A DNA stretch of 64,000 nt from an uncultured Candidatus Rokubacteria bacterium. Lineage in GTDB: Bacteria; Methylomirabilota; Methylomirabilia; Rokubacteriales; CSP1-6. The stretch is from the NCBI GenBank assembly GCA_963758635.1, contig CAVWWD010000002.1, forward strand, positions 32,001 through 96,000. The letters run 5' to 3'. Under the pieces are notes generated by a model. The model was not told the origin of the DNA and made no database searches. It saw only the letters and a program-made list of their open reading frames with translations. The position numbers and the translations under genes are program-made. This document shows positions 52,975-61,129 of this stretch, in pieces; within the stretch, counting starts at the first letter, position 1; every line of letters begins with the position of its first letter.

Positions 52975-53415
52975 CTACGGCACCTTCGACGAGAAGGTGA
53001 CGCGTCGATTGGAGGCCCGGCACGCCGCCGTGCTCTCCGTGCACGCGGGGCGCTCCCCGCTGCGTGACTGGATCTCGAGCCGATGCGCCTTCACGCCCCG
53101 CGACACGAGATAGGCCTCGGCCGCGCGCGCCCGGTCTCGGCCCACCTCCGCGCTGAGAGCGCGAGCTCCCGGCTCGTCGGTATGCCCCTCGATGAGGAGC
53201 CCCCGGTGTCCGGCCCGGCTGAGCCACACGACGTGGGCGTCGAGGACCGTTCTGTCACGCGGACGGATGTCCGTCGTCCCCGCATCGAAGTAGATCGGCT
53301 TCAGGGTCGTGGCGTTCACCGGCGCACCCTGCACTTGTGGATAGCTTGCGACAATGGCGACCAGGGCCATGACGACGGGAGCCACGAGACATGCGGTTCT
53401 CCAGCCTCTCGACAA
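52975..53415 (-). CDS. OmpA/Pal-like peptidoglycan-binding domain protein
   Basis: PIYFD, IEGHTDE, RARAAEAYLVSRGV, GERPAC..CRASNRRV. Confidence 0.82.
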   Translation of the reverse strand: MSRGWRTACLVAPVVMALVAIVASYPQVQGAPVNATTLKPIYFDAGTTDIRPRDRTVLDAHVVWLSRAGHRGLLIEGHTDEPGARALSAEVGRDRARAAEAYLVSRGVKAHRLEIQSRSGERPACTESTAACRASNRRVTFSSKVP

Positions 53416-53501
53416 GCCAAGTCTCCTAGTCCCGCCTGATCTCCGCGGCTCGCCGAGCGGTCCGCACCTGTGAATCTAGTCTCTCGCCCGCTGCGTGCCT
53501 A

Positions 53502-53517
53502 TTGGACCTTGGTCGCC
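53502..53517 (-). promoter_or_regulatory. Regulon palindrome TTGGACCTTGGTCGCC; -10 TAGATT at 53473-53478 (minus strand)
   Basis: 23-bp spacer; upstream of OmpA-like gene and ftsH. Confidence 0.72.
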
Positions 53518-53531
53518 CTGCCGGTAGCCAC

Positions 53532-55602
53532 TCATCGCTCCTCCTCACGCCGCGCCGCGGCCCCGCTGGTGTCATCGTAGAGGCGGTCCTGGGCGCGAAG
53601 GGCGGGCTCGCCATCGGCCCGGATGCGGACGGATCGACCGTCCGGGAGGATGCGCCGGGCCTTCACCGTGTCGGCGAGCTGGATCTCGAGGATCTCCTGG
53701 ACGCGAGACTGCAGGCCGGGATCCAGCACCGGGAAGGCGATCTCCACCCGGCGGTCCAGGTTCCTGGGCATCCAATCCGCGGAGGCGAGGAGGCACTCCG
53801 GCTGCCCGGCGTTGGCGAAGTGGACGATGCGCGCGTGCTCGAGGTACCGATCGACGATCGAAATGACCCGAACGTTGGCAGAGAGGCCCGGCACCCCGGG
53901 ACGAAGGCAGCAGATGCCGCGCACGATCAAATCAATCGTCACGCCCGCGCCGCTGGCGGCGTACAGCTCCTCGATCAGCCGGCGGTCCACGAGACCGTTC
54001 ATCTTCGCGATGATCCGCGCCGGCCTCCCGGCCCTGGCATGGCCGGCCTCCCGGCGGATGCGCTGGACGAGCCCGTCGCGCAGATCGGCGGGCGCGACGA
54101 GCAGGTGATGGAAGCGGGGCGGCCGTGCGCAGCCGCTCAGGCGGTCGAACAGCTCGGTGACGTCCTCGCCGAACGAGACGCGGCTCGTGAAGAGGCCCAG
54201 GTCGCCGTAGAACGTCCCCCGTCCGCGCGTTGTAGTTGCCCGTGGCGAGGTGGCAGTAGAGCCGGACCCCGTCGGCTTCCTGCCGGACGACGAGGCAAGC
54301 CTTGCAGTGGGTCTTGTATCCCGGGAGGCCGTGGACCACGTGCGCACCCACCTTCTCGAGCTCGCGGGCCCAGCGGATGTTCGCCTCCTCGTCGAATCGG
54401 GCCTGGAGCTCGACGAGCACGGCCACCTTCTTCCCGTTCTCGGCCGCCGTGCGCAGGGCCTGGGCGATAGGCGAGGCCGGGCTCACCCGGTAGAGCGTCA
54501 TCTTGATCGCGAGGACGGCGGGATCGAGGGCGGCCTCGCGCACGAAGCGAGTGACGCTGGCGAAGGCCTGGTAGGGGTGATGCACGAGGACGTCCCTGGC
54601 GCGGATCGCGCTCCAGATGTCCGGCGCGCGCTCGAACGCCGCGACGGAGTGCGGCGGGCGCGGCCCCTCCTTGAGCCGGGGCAGGTCGACGGCGGCATAG
54701 AGCTGGAGCAGATCGGTGAAGGCCGTGAAGCCCGTGCTCGCGTAGAGGTCCTCGGGCGCCAGCTCCAGCTCGTCGACCAGCGTGGCCAGGACGTCGGCGG
54801 GCAGCTCCGCGTCGTACTCGAGGCGCACCGCGGCGCCGAGGCGGCGGTCGCGCAGGCTCGCCTCGATGCTCGCGATCAGATCCTCGGCGCGGCCCCGCGT
54901 CGCCAGGGTCGCGTCGCGAGTCACGCGGATCGCGTGGCTCCATACGACATCGCGGCCTCCGTGGATGCCCGACAGGTACGGCCGGATCGCGTCCTCGAGC
55001 AGCATGAAGGCGTGCGGGCGAACGGAATCGGGCACGGCCACGAAGCGCGGCAAGGCTGGGCTCGGCACGTGGATCACAGAAAGCGAGCTTGCGGCCATCG
55101 CCGAGGCGGCGGCCGGGCGGATCGAGGCGACGATACACAGCGATCGGTTGCCGAGGTAGGGGAAGGGACGGCCGGGGTCGACGGCCAGGGGCGTCAGCGT
55201 GCCGGGCAGCAGGCGACGGACGTGCTGTTCGACGAAGCGCCGCTGCTCGGCGGTAATGTCCTGGTGCCGGAGGAGGACGATGCCTTCCGCGGCGAGGAGC
55301 GGCAGGATCTCGAGGAAGCAGCGGCGGTGCTCGTCGACGAGCTCGTGGACCCGGCCCGCCACCGCCGCCAAGGTCTCCGCCGGCGTGAGCCCGTCGGGCC
55401 CCGCCTGCGCCTCGCCCGCGTCGATGCGGCGCTTCAGCGCGGCCACGCGGACCATGAAGAACTCGTCCAGGTTCGCGCTGAAAATGGCCAGGAACTTCAC
55501 GCGCTCGAGGAGGGGCACGCTCGGATCCTGTGCCTCCTCGAGCACCCGGCGATTGAACTCCAGCCAGGACAGCTCGCGATTGACGAACGCCGCCTCGGTC
55601 AC
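53532..55602 (-). CDS. ppk1: Polyphosphate kinase 1 (frameshift near 54220)
   Basis: NRELSWLEFNRRVL, NLDEFFMVRVA, HHPY, IKMTLYR, ARFDEEANI, KTHCK, TGNYN, RYLEHAR, SADWMPRNL. Confidence 0.93.
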
Positions 55603-55603
55603 G

Positions 55604-56567
55604 TCAGTCCCGCGTATTGAACGTCTCACGCAGGAGGATGCCGTCACGGACTCCCCGCGTGCAGACGACGAGCGTCAGGTATCCGCCGAAGACCATGGTC
55701 TCCTCGATCACCATTGCTCCAGCCAGGATGATGTCGGCGCGCTCGGACTTGAGGCCGGGGACCTTCTCACGGTCGTGGTGCGTGAGGCCTTCCAGGCGCT
55801 CGCGCACCGCCGTGACGTCGGACTGTCGGAGCGAGAGCCCGTGGCGGTGCTTGCGGGCGCCGCGGCGGGCGCGGAGATGGACGCGGGCGAGGCTGCGCAC
55901 GATGCCGCCGAGGCCGACCAGGACCTCGCCGGGCGCAGCGACGGGCAGAGCGCCTCGGAGCTGCTCGCGGATGGCGCCCCGGAGGGCGTGGACCTCGCGT
56001 GGGGTGGGCGGATCGTGCCGGAGAAGACCTCGCGTGCTGCGGATGGCTCCAAGCGGGAGGCTCGCGCTGGACACGATCCTGCGCGCCCGGACCCGGCTGA
56101 GCTGCAGGCTGGCGCCGCCGAGGTCCGCGACGGCCCCGTCCTTGAAGGGGAGGCTCTCGAGCGCCGCGCAGACACCCAGCCGCGCCTCGTCCCGGGCGCT
56201 CAGCACGTGCACCGTGATGCCCTCGTTGCAACGGAGGGGATGGAGCAACTGTTCCTGGTTGCGCGCGTCCCGGACGGCCGAACGTCGCCACCGCCACGAC
56301 GCGCGGGCCACCGCCACTCGGCGAGACCCGCGCCATGAAGTGGTGGACGGCCCGAAGGGTCTGGTCGATCGCCGCGCGGGGCAACGTGCCGGGCGGGCCG
56401 CCACCCAGCCGGGTCGGCACCCGTTCCTCCGCCAGCACACGGTAGCCGGTGCCCGGGGTGATCCGGGCGAGCAGAAAGCGAACGGCGGTCGATCCCAGAT
56501 CGACCACGGCCACCAGCTCCGCCCGCTCAGCCACGCGAGGGCGCACAGGTTCCGAGATCCACGACAC
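55604..56567 (-). CDS. ppx: Exopolyphosphatase Ppx/GppA family, short form (frameshift near 56283)
   Basis: VVDLGSTAVR, VATSAVRDARN, DEAR, DLGGASLQ, RADIILAG, GVRDG; AAGGAGG RBS. Confidence 0.88.
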
Positions 56568-56692
56568 TCCTCCTTCAGGGGCGGCCGCCAGTCCCGATAT
56601 CCGCCCCACACCCGGAAGGCCCCAAGCGCGGACCAGCATGAGAAGGAGATCGCGATCGCCTGCACTCTAGCCAGGCCGATTCACCCCGCCCA

Positions 56693-56708
56693 TTGGACCT
56701 TCGTCCAG
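56693..56708. promoter_or_regulatory. Regulon palindrome TTGGACCTTCGTCCAG with -10 hexamers on both sides (TAGAGT minus 56664-56669; TAGACT plus 56733-56738)
   Basis: 23-bp and 24-bp spacers; lies between divergent genes. Confidence 0.78.
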
Positions 56709-56800
56709 TGTTCTGCCCGTGGAGTCGATCCTTAGACTGTGGGGGTGGGGAAGACGTCGCGGCGGCGGTTCGATACCTGGGTTGAAATCGGGAGAGAGAC

Positions 56801-57148
56801 GTGGCAGAGATAAGCGGCCTCATGACGGAGCTCAATGACCTTCGCGAGCAGAAGCATCTGACGTGGAGCGAGCAGGAGGCCGGATGGATCGGGACGCCGG
56901 CCGCGATCTTGGACGCGCTCGTCCGTGATGGATACGAGGAGTGCCAGCGCGAGACCACGACGAGTCATCGCGATGGCCGCCCGGCCGGCGGCCTCTGGCG
57001 GGGAGTCAACCCGCGCACGGGATCCGTGGCGTCGGCGATCTGGGTGACGCGCCCGGCGGCGGCAGCCTTGGTGTTCATCCAGATCGATGGGGAACTGGTG
57101 GCACGACCGGGGAGGGGGCCGCATGAGGAGGAAGGCGGGCAGGGCTGA
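56801..57148 (+). CDS. Hypothetical protein
   Basis: 115-aa ORF with plausible composition and purine-rich RBS. Confidence 0.6.
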   Translation: MAEISGLMTELNDLREQKHLTWSEQEAGWIGTPAAILDALVRDGYEECQRETTTSHRDGRPAGGLWRGVNPRTGSVASAIWVTRPAAAALVFIQIDGELVARPGRGPHEEEGGQG

Positions 57149-57248
57149 CGCTTGCCGGGCCGCAGGCTCGAATCTATGAGGAGGCCACAATGAAGAACGT
57201 TTCTACGATGACTCTGCCGTGCCCCCAGGTCCCGTGGGGCCGCCGCCG

Positions 57249-58001
57249 ATGATCGAGCTCGGGATCATCTTCCTTGTGACCATGGCGCTCACGCAGACCG
57301 CGGTCCTCGCCACGACGGTCTACCTGCATCGCGCCCTCGCGCATCGCGCCCTCGTCGTCCACCCGGTCACGGACGTCTTCTTCCGGACCGCCCTCTGGCT
57401 CACGACGGGCTTGAGCCGCCAGCAGTGGGTGGCTGTCCATCGCAAGCATCACGCCTTCACCGACCGGGACGGCGATCCTCACAGCCCGCGGCTGCAAGGC
57501 ATCTGGCACGTCCAGATCCTGAACGCCTACTACTACATGCGGGAGGCACGGAACCCCGAGACGCTGCGGAAGTTCGCGGCGGACCTCCCCGAAGACCGGC
57601 TGGATCGCCTGCTCTTCTCCCGGGGCTGGTGCGGCCTCGGGATCGGGATCACGCTGCTTTGCCTCGTCCTCGGTTTCTGGCCCGGACTCATCGCCAGCCT
57701 CGTGCATGCCATCCAGTACGTCTTCATCGTGGCCCCGCTCATCAACGGCCTGGGACATTGGCGAGGAGCACAGAACTTCGCGAGCAACACCGCGTACAAT
57801 TCACGCGTGCTCGCCTGGCTGACGGGGGGCGAAAGCCTCCACAACAACCACCATGCGCATCCGCGGGCGCCCAAGTTCAGCATGAGACGCTTCGAGTTCG
57901 ATCCGGCGTGGCTCGTGATCCGCGCCCTGGCGCGAATCCGTGCCCTCGCGATCCTCGGGACGACGGTCAGGCTGCAGACCGGCGCGGGGCCGGCGCGGTG
58001 A
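57249..58001 (+). CDS. Membrane fatty-acid desaturase (delta-9 acyl-CoA/lipid type)
   Basis: His boxes HRALAH, HRKHH and HNNHH; DPHSP; GESLHNNHHA. Confidence 0.92.
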   Translation: MIELGIIFLVTMALTQTAVLATTVYLHRALAHRALVVHPVTDVFFRTALWLTTGLSRQQWVAVHRKHHAFTDRDGDPHSPRLQGIWHVQILNAYYYMREARNPETLRKFAADLPEDRLDRLLFSRGWCGLGIGITLLCLVLGFWPGLIASLVHAIQYVFIVAPLINGLGHWRGAQNFASNTAYNSRVLAWLTGGESLHNNHHAHPRAPKFSMRRFEFDPAWLVIRALARIRALAILGTTVRLQTGAGPAR

Positions 58002-58084
58002 CCGTGGACGGCGGGGAGCGCGCCACGCGCGACGACCGCGCACCCTCGAATGGATCGACCCTGAATGTCTCGAAGGGGAGGGAC

Positions 58085-58453
58085 ATGCAGGCACTGAAAC
58101 GGATCGGCCCGCCCGTGCCGACGGGTGTGCGCGGCGACGAATACGACCTGAGCGTTCCCCTGAACGGCACGCCTTCCGTGGACTGGCGGCGCGCGTTCCA
58201 CGCCTCCGAGAAATCGACCGAGCTGTGCCATCCGACTCGCGTCACGGTGAAGGACCGCGCGCTGACCTTCACGAGCGAGGAAGACCACGTGCGACTGTGG
58301 ATCCAGCTCATCGACGAGTGGATTGCTGGCGCGAATCAAGCGTGCGCCGAGCGGCCCACCTCCACGTCGAGACGCGAGGTCGAGCAGAGCGACGACGAGC
58401 GCGAGCGCCAGCGGCGGATTCGGGAGGCGGTGGAACGCTTCAAGAACCTGTGA
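58085..58453 (+). CDS. Hypothetical protein
   Basis: 122-aa ORF MQALKRIGPP.. with GGAGG RBS. Confidence 0.65.
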   Translation: MQALKRIGPPVPTGVRGDEYDLSVPLNGTPSVDWRRAFHASEKSTELCHPTRVTVKDRALTFTSEEDHVRLWIQLIDEWIAGANQACAERPTSTSRREVEQSDDERERQRRIREAVERFKNL

Positions 58454-58472
58454 CGCTCGCTCGAGACGGCCC

Positions 58473-58488
58473 CTGGACCAAGGTCCAG
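58473..58488 (+). promoter_or_regulatory. Regulon palindrome CTGGACCAAGGTCCAG; -10 TAGCCT at 58512-58517
   Basis: Perfect 7-bp arms; 23-bp spacer. Confidence 0.8.
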
Positions 58489-58549
58489 TAGGGCCACCCT
58501 GCCCGCTGCTGTAGCCTGACCTCACCGAGGACGCACGAAGGAGGAGACC

Positions 58550-58810
58550 ATGCACGTTCTACTCTTCATCCTGATCGGGTTGGTGGCAGGCGCGCTGGCC
58601 GGGCGGGTGGTGAGCGGCCATGGCTACGGCATGGTGGGGAACTTCGTCGTCGGAGTTCTCGGCGCCGTCCTGGGCGGATGGATGTTCACCACCTTCGCCG
58701 GCGTGACGAGCGGAGGAGTGTCCTTCAGCCTCTTCACGGCGCTCCTCGGCGCGGTCGCGCTGCTCTGGGTCGTCAGGCTGGTCGCCCCCGCCCGCGGCTT
58801 GAACCCCTGA
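58550..58810 (+). CDS. GlsB/YeaQ/YmgE (transglycosylase-associated) stress-response membrane protein
   Basis: LIGLVAGALA..GYGMVGNFVVGVLGAVLGG..ALLGAVALLW; AAGGAGG RBS. Confidence 0.88.
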   Translation: MHVLLFILIGLVAGALAGRVVSGHGYGMVGNFVVGVLGAVLGGWMFTTFAGVTSGGVSFSLFTALLGAVALLWVVRLVAPARGLNP

Positions 58811-58841
58811 AACCACACTCGATGTCTCGAGGAGGCCACCA

Positions 58842-59084
58842 ATGCTGCGTTTCATCTTGGGGGCGATCATGGGCGGTGTCGCGGTCTGGGCATGGCGAGA
58901 CGAGCTCCGTGAGTACATCGCCGACGGCACCCGCGGCCTGAGGACGACGGCGGCCGACCAGCTCCAGGCGGTCCAGACAGCCGCGGAGGGCGCACTCAAC
59001 ACCGCGAGGGATGGGATCAGCTCCGGCCTGCAAAGTGGGCAGGACGCGATCCGCCCGGAGGACGCATCGCGACCGGCACGATAG
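58842..59084 (+). CDS. Small protein with N-terminal TM and amphipathic tail (YtxH-like)
   Basis: MLRFILGAIMGGVAVWAW followed by an Ala/Gln-rich helix; GAGGAGG RBS. Confidence 0.6.
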   Translation: MLRFILGAIMGGVAVWAWRDELREYIADGTRGLRTTAADQLQAVQTAAEGALNTARDGISSGLQSGQDAIRPEDASRPAR

Positions 59085-59124
59085 TCCGTTCCCGCTCCGA
59101 ACACCCGCACGAGGAGGAACCGTC

Positions 59125-59358
59125 GTGAATAGAGCATCCGCGCTTCCCGTGGCCGTCCACGTGCCACACCTGTTCCCTCGAGCCCTGGTCCGGACGGCAA
59201 GGTCGGGGATCTATCTCGTCCGTGGGGTTCCACGCGACCTGCAGCGCACGGCGCGCGCCCGGGCGGCGCGGGAGACGACCACCTTGAGCGCCGTGCTCCG
59301 GCAGGCCTTGCGCGAGTACGCCGCCGGTACCTGGACGCCCGAACCCGCCGACACATGA
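59125..59358 (+). CDS. Small ribbon-helix-helix (FitA/Arc-like) protein
   Basis: YLVRGVPRDLQRTARARAARETTTLSAVLRQALREY pattern; GAGGAGG RBS before GTG. Confidence 0.6.
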   Translation: MNRASALPVAVHVPHLFPRALVRTARSGIYLVRGVPRDLQRTARARAARETTTLSAVLRQALREYAAGTWTPEPADT

Positions 59359-59388
59359 TGTGACGGCCGTTGCGCGGCCGTTGCGGCA

Positions 59389-59404
59389 CTGGACCTTGGT
59401 CCAC
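59389..59404 (+). promoter_or_regulatory. Regulon palindrome CTGGACCTTGGTCCAC; -10-like GAGACT at 59428-59433
   Basis: 23-bp spacer; upstream of the ORF at 59478. Confidence 0.75.
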
Positions 59405-59477
59405 TACCGTCTTTGCGGCGCCGGCTAGAGACTGACGTAGGGATCCGCCAAGAGAGCGGCCCTGGAGGAGGTGTCTC

Positions 59478-59849
59478 ATGCGAGTGCCAGTGTGGATCAA
59501 ACCGATGGTATGGGGCGGCGTCTTGGGCGCGATCGGGATCATGATTGTCGGATTCTCCTGGCTGGGGTGGACGCTCGACCACACGACCAAGAGACTCGTG
59601 ACGGAAGGCAGCGAGTCGGCCGTGGTCACTGCGCTGACTCCGTTCTGCGTCGCGAACTACATGAAGCAGCCCGACGCCGCTCAGAAGCTCGCCGTGCTCC
59701 GCGCCGACTCCTCGTCGTACACACAGCGCGAGATCATCGAAAAGGCCGGATTCGCAACCATGCCCGGAAAGACCGAACCAAGCTCAGGACTGGCGGCGGC
59801 CTGTGCGACCGCGCTTCAGACCGTCAGCCTTGCCGTCCCGAGCAAGTAG
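59478..59849 (+). CDS. Hypothetical membrane-anchored protein with two cysteines
   Basis: WIKPMVWGGVLGAIGIMIVGFSWLGW, LTPFCVANY, GFATMPG, LAAACA; GGAGGAGG RBS. Confidence 0.75.
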   Translation: MRVPVWIKPMVWGGVLGAIGIMIVGFSWLGWTLDHTTKRLVTEGSESAVVTALTPFCVANYMKQPDAAQKLAVLRADSSSYTQREIIEKAGFATMPGKTEPSSGLAAACATALQTVSLAVPSK

Positions 59850-60150
59850 TCGACGATAAGGCCACGCGGCCGCGCGCTCGGGCGGAGACGCCCGGGCCGC
59901 GCCGCCTCAGGCCTACTCGTCCGTCCGCCTTGCGGGCGTGAAACGCCAGGCGGAGCTCCGCAGCGGATCAGCCGCGCGGGTCAAGAGATCGATCCCGTCG
60001 GGCCACGCACATACTCGCGCTCGATCTCCGCGATGATCTCGCGGCGCTCAGAACGGGTCCACCATTCGCTCGTCCTACGACGGGACGCAGAACTCGGCCG
60101 TCATAGCGGAGGTCGGCTCGCCGCCGCTCCGGCGCGTGCTGACCCGCGCA

Positions 60151-60166
60151 CTGGACCAAGGTCCAC
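60151..60166 (+). promoter_or_regulatory. Regulon palindrome CTGGACCAAGGTCCAC; -10 TAGGCT at 60191-60196
   Basis: 24-bp spacer; upstream of the ORF at 60301. Confidence 0.78.
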
Positions 60167-60300
60167 TACGTTGCCCACGCGGGTGGCTGCTAGGCTGATG
60201 GCGTTCGCGCCACACCCACGGTTCGCGCACGAGACGATCCGATCGCGCCGGAGCCACACAGTCGGTGAACATATCGGACGATGCGCTCGGGAGGCCCTCC

Positions 60301-60489
60301 ATGGCGAAGTTCATCCAGATCTGCGCATCACAGAACGATCTGTTCGCTCTCGACCAGGACGGGGGCGTCCATCAGTACGACTTCAACACGAAGACGTGGG
60401 CGCAGCTCGCCCTGGACCGCCGCGACGAGGCGCCTTCGCGAAGTGACCGTCAGGCGAGCGGCGGCGCGCCGTGGGGGAGGCCGCCGTGA
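60301..60489 (+). CDS. Small hypothetical protein (62 aa)
   Basis: MAKFIQICASQNDLFALDQDGGVHQYDFNTKTW; GGGAGG RBS. Confidence 0.65.
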   Translation: MAKFIQICASQNDLFALDQDGGVHQYDFNTKTWAQLALDRRDEAPSRSDRQASGGAPWGRPP

Positions 60490-60624
60490 TCTCCGGCGAT
60501 TGCCCCAGTCAGATGGCTATCCCGTCGCAGTCTTCGCGTCCGCCCGTGAGTTCCTCGCCTCCGGGCCGCTCGGTCGCCTCGGCTGCCTCGTCCTGGACAT
60601 CCGCCTCGGGGAGATGACGGGCGG
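60480..60624 (+). pseudogene. Remnant of a FixJ-like response-regulator receiver domain
   Basis: RRDLRRLPQSDGYPVAVFASAREFLASG..GCLVLDIRLGEMTG; no start codon and no C-terminal half. Confidence 0.6.
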
Positions 60625-60646
60625 TTACCGCATTCTACGAGGGTCA

Positions 60647-60850
60647 TCAGACCTGCACGAGCGCCTTCCCGTTGGCCCCGAGCCACTCCACCACCTTGGC
60701 CCACGCAACAGGCTCCCGCTCCGTCCATGCCCTCACCGCCTGGGCGGGAACGACCACGTATGCGCGCTCAGGGTGCGCGGCCGCTTCCACCAGGCGGGCG
60801 AGATCGGTTCGGGATTGTCGAAGCTCCACGAGCAAGTCGCTGGTCGTCAT
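60647..60850 (-). CDS. Small hypothetical protein (67 aa)
   Basis: MTTSDLLVELRQSRTDLARLV..; CAGGAG RBS. Confidence 0.6.
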   Translation of the reverse strand: MTTSDLLVELRQSRTDLARLVEAAAHPERAYVVVPAQAVRAWTEREPVAWAKVVEWLGANGKALVQV

Positions 60851-60970
60851 GAGTTCTCCTGGGAATGCAGCAATGGATTCAGCACCGGTCGGCAGCACGG
60901 GGTCGCGACCCTCACCCCGGCTTGGAGTGCGCCCTCTCGGGAGCCTATCTGGCCGCTCGTCGGCGCGCCA

Positions 60971-60986
60971 TTGGACCTTGGTCAGG
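60971..60986 (-). promoter_or_regulatory. Regulon palindrome TTGGACCTTGGTCAGG; -10 TAGGCT at 60942-60947 (minus strand)
   Basis: 23-bp spacer; upstream of the ORF at 60850. Confidence 0.72.
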
Positions 60987-61129
60987 GAGCGCTCCGCTCC
61001 CTGATACTCACGCAGTCGTGATCGGCGAGGCCGCCCGGCTCATCAGCCGTGCTCAGGTTTCAGGGAGGCTCCGGGTTGTTGGCGACAACTCCAGATAGCG
61101 CGCTGGCGGTGCCGGACCCGCGACCGAGC

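Noticed and set aside
988..56567. About 15 frameshifted genes read as mass pseudogenisation or programmed frameshifting
   Set aside because: Single-base indels without accumulated stops, in otherwise intact genes including core metabolism, fit long-read consensus error; no slippery sequences seen.
59968..60159. Minus-strand small ORF next to the palindrome at 60151
   Set aside because: No convincing RBS or correctly spaced -10 on that strand; the best-looking frame has no start codon.
49057..60986. The repeated palindrome as a CRISPR array, REP/MITE or integron attC sites
   Set aside because: Spacing is irregular (0.1-3 kb), the unit is only 16 bp, no cas, integrase or transposase is present, and the fixed distance to -10 hexamers fits a transcription-factor site.
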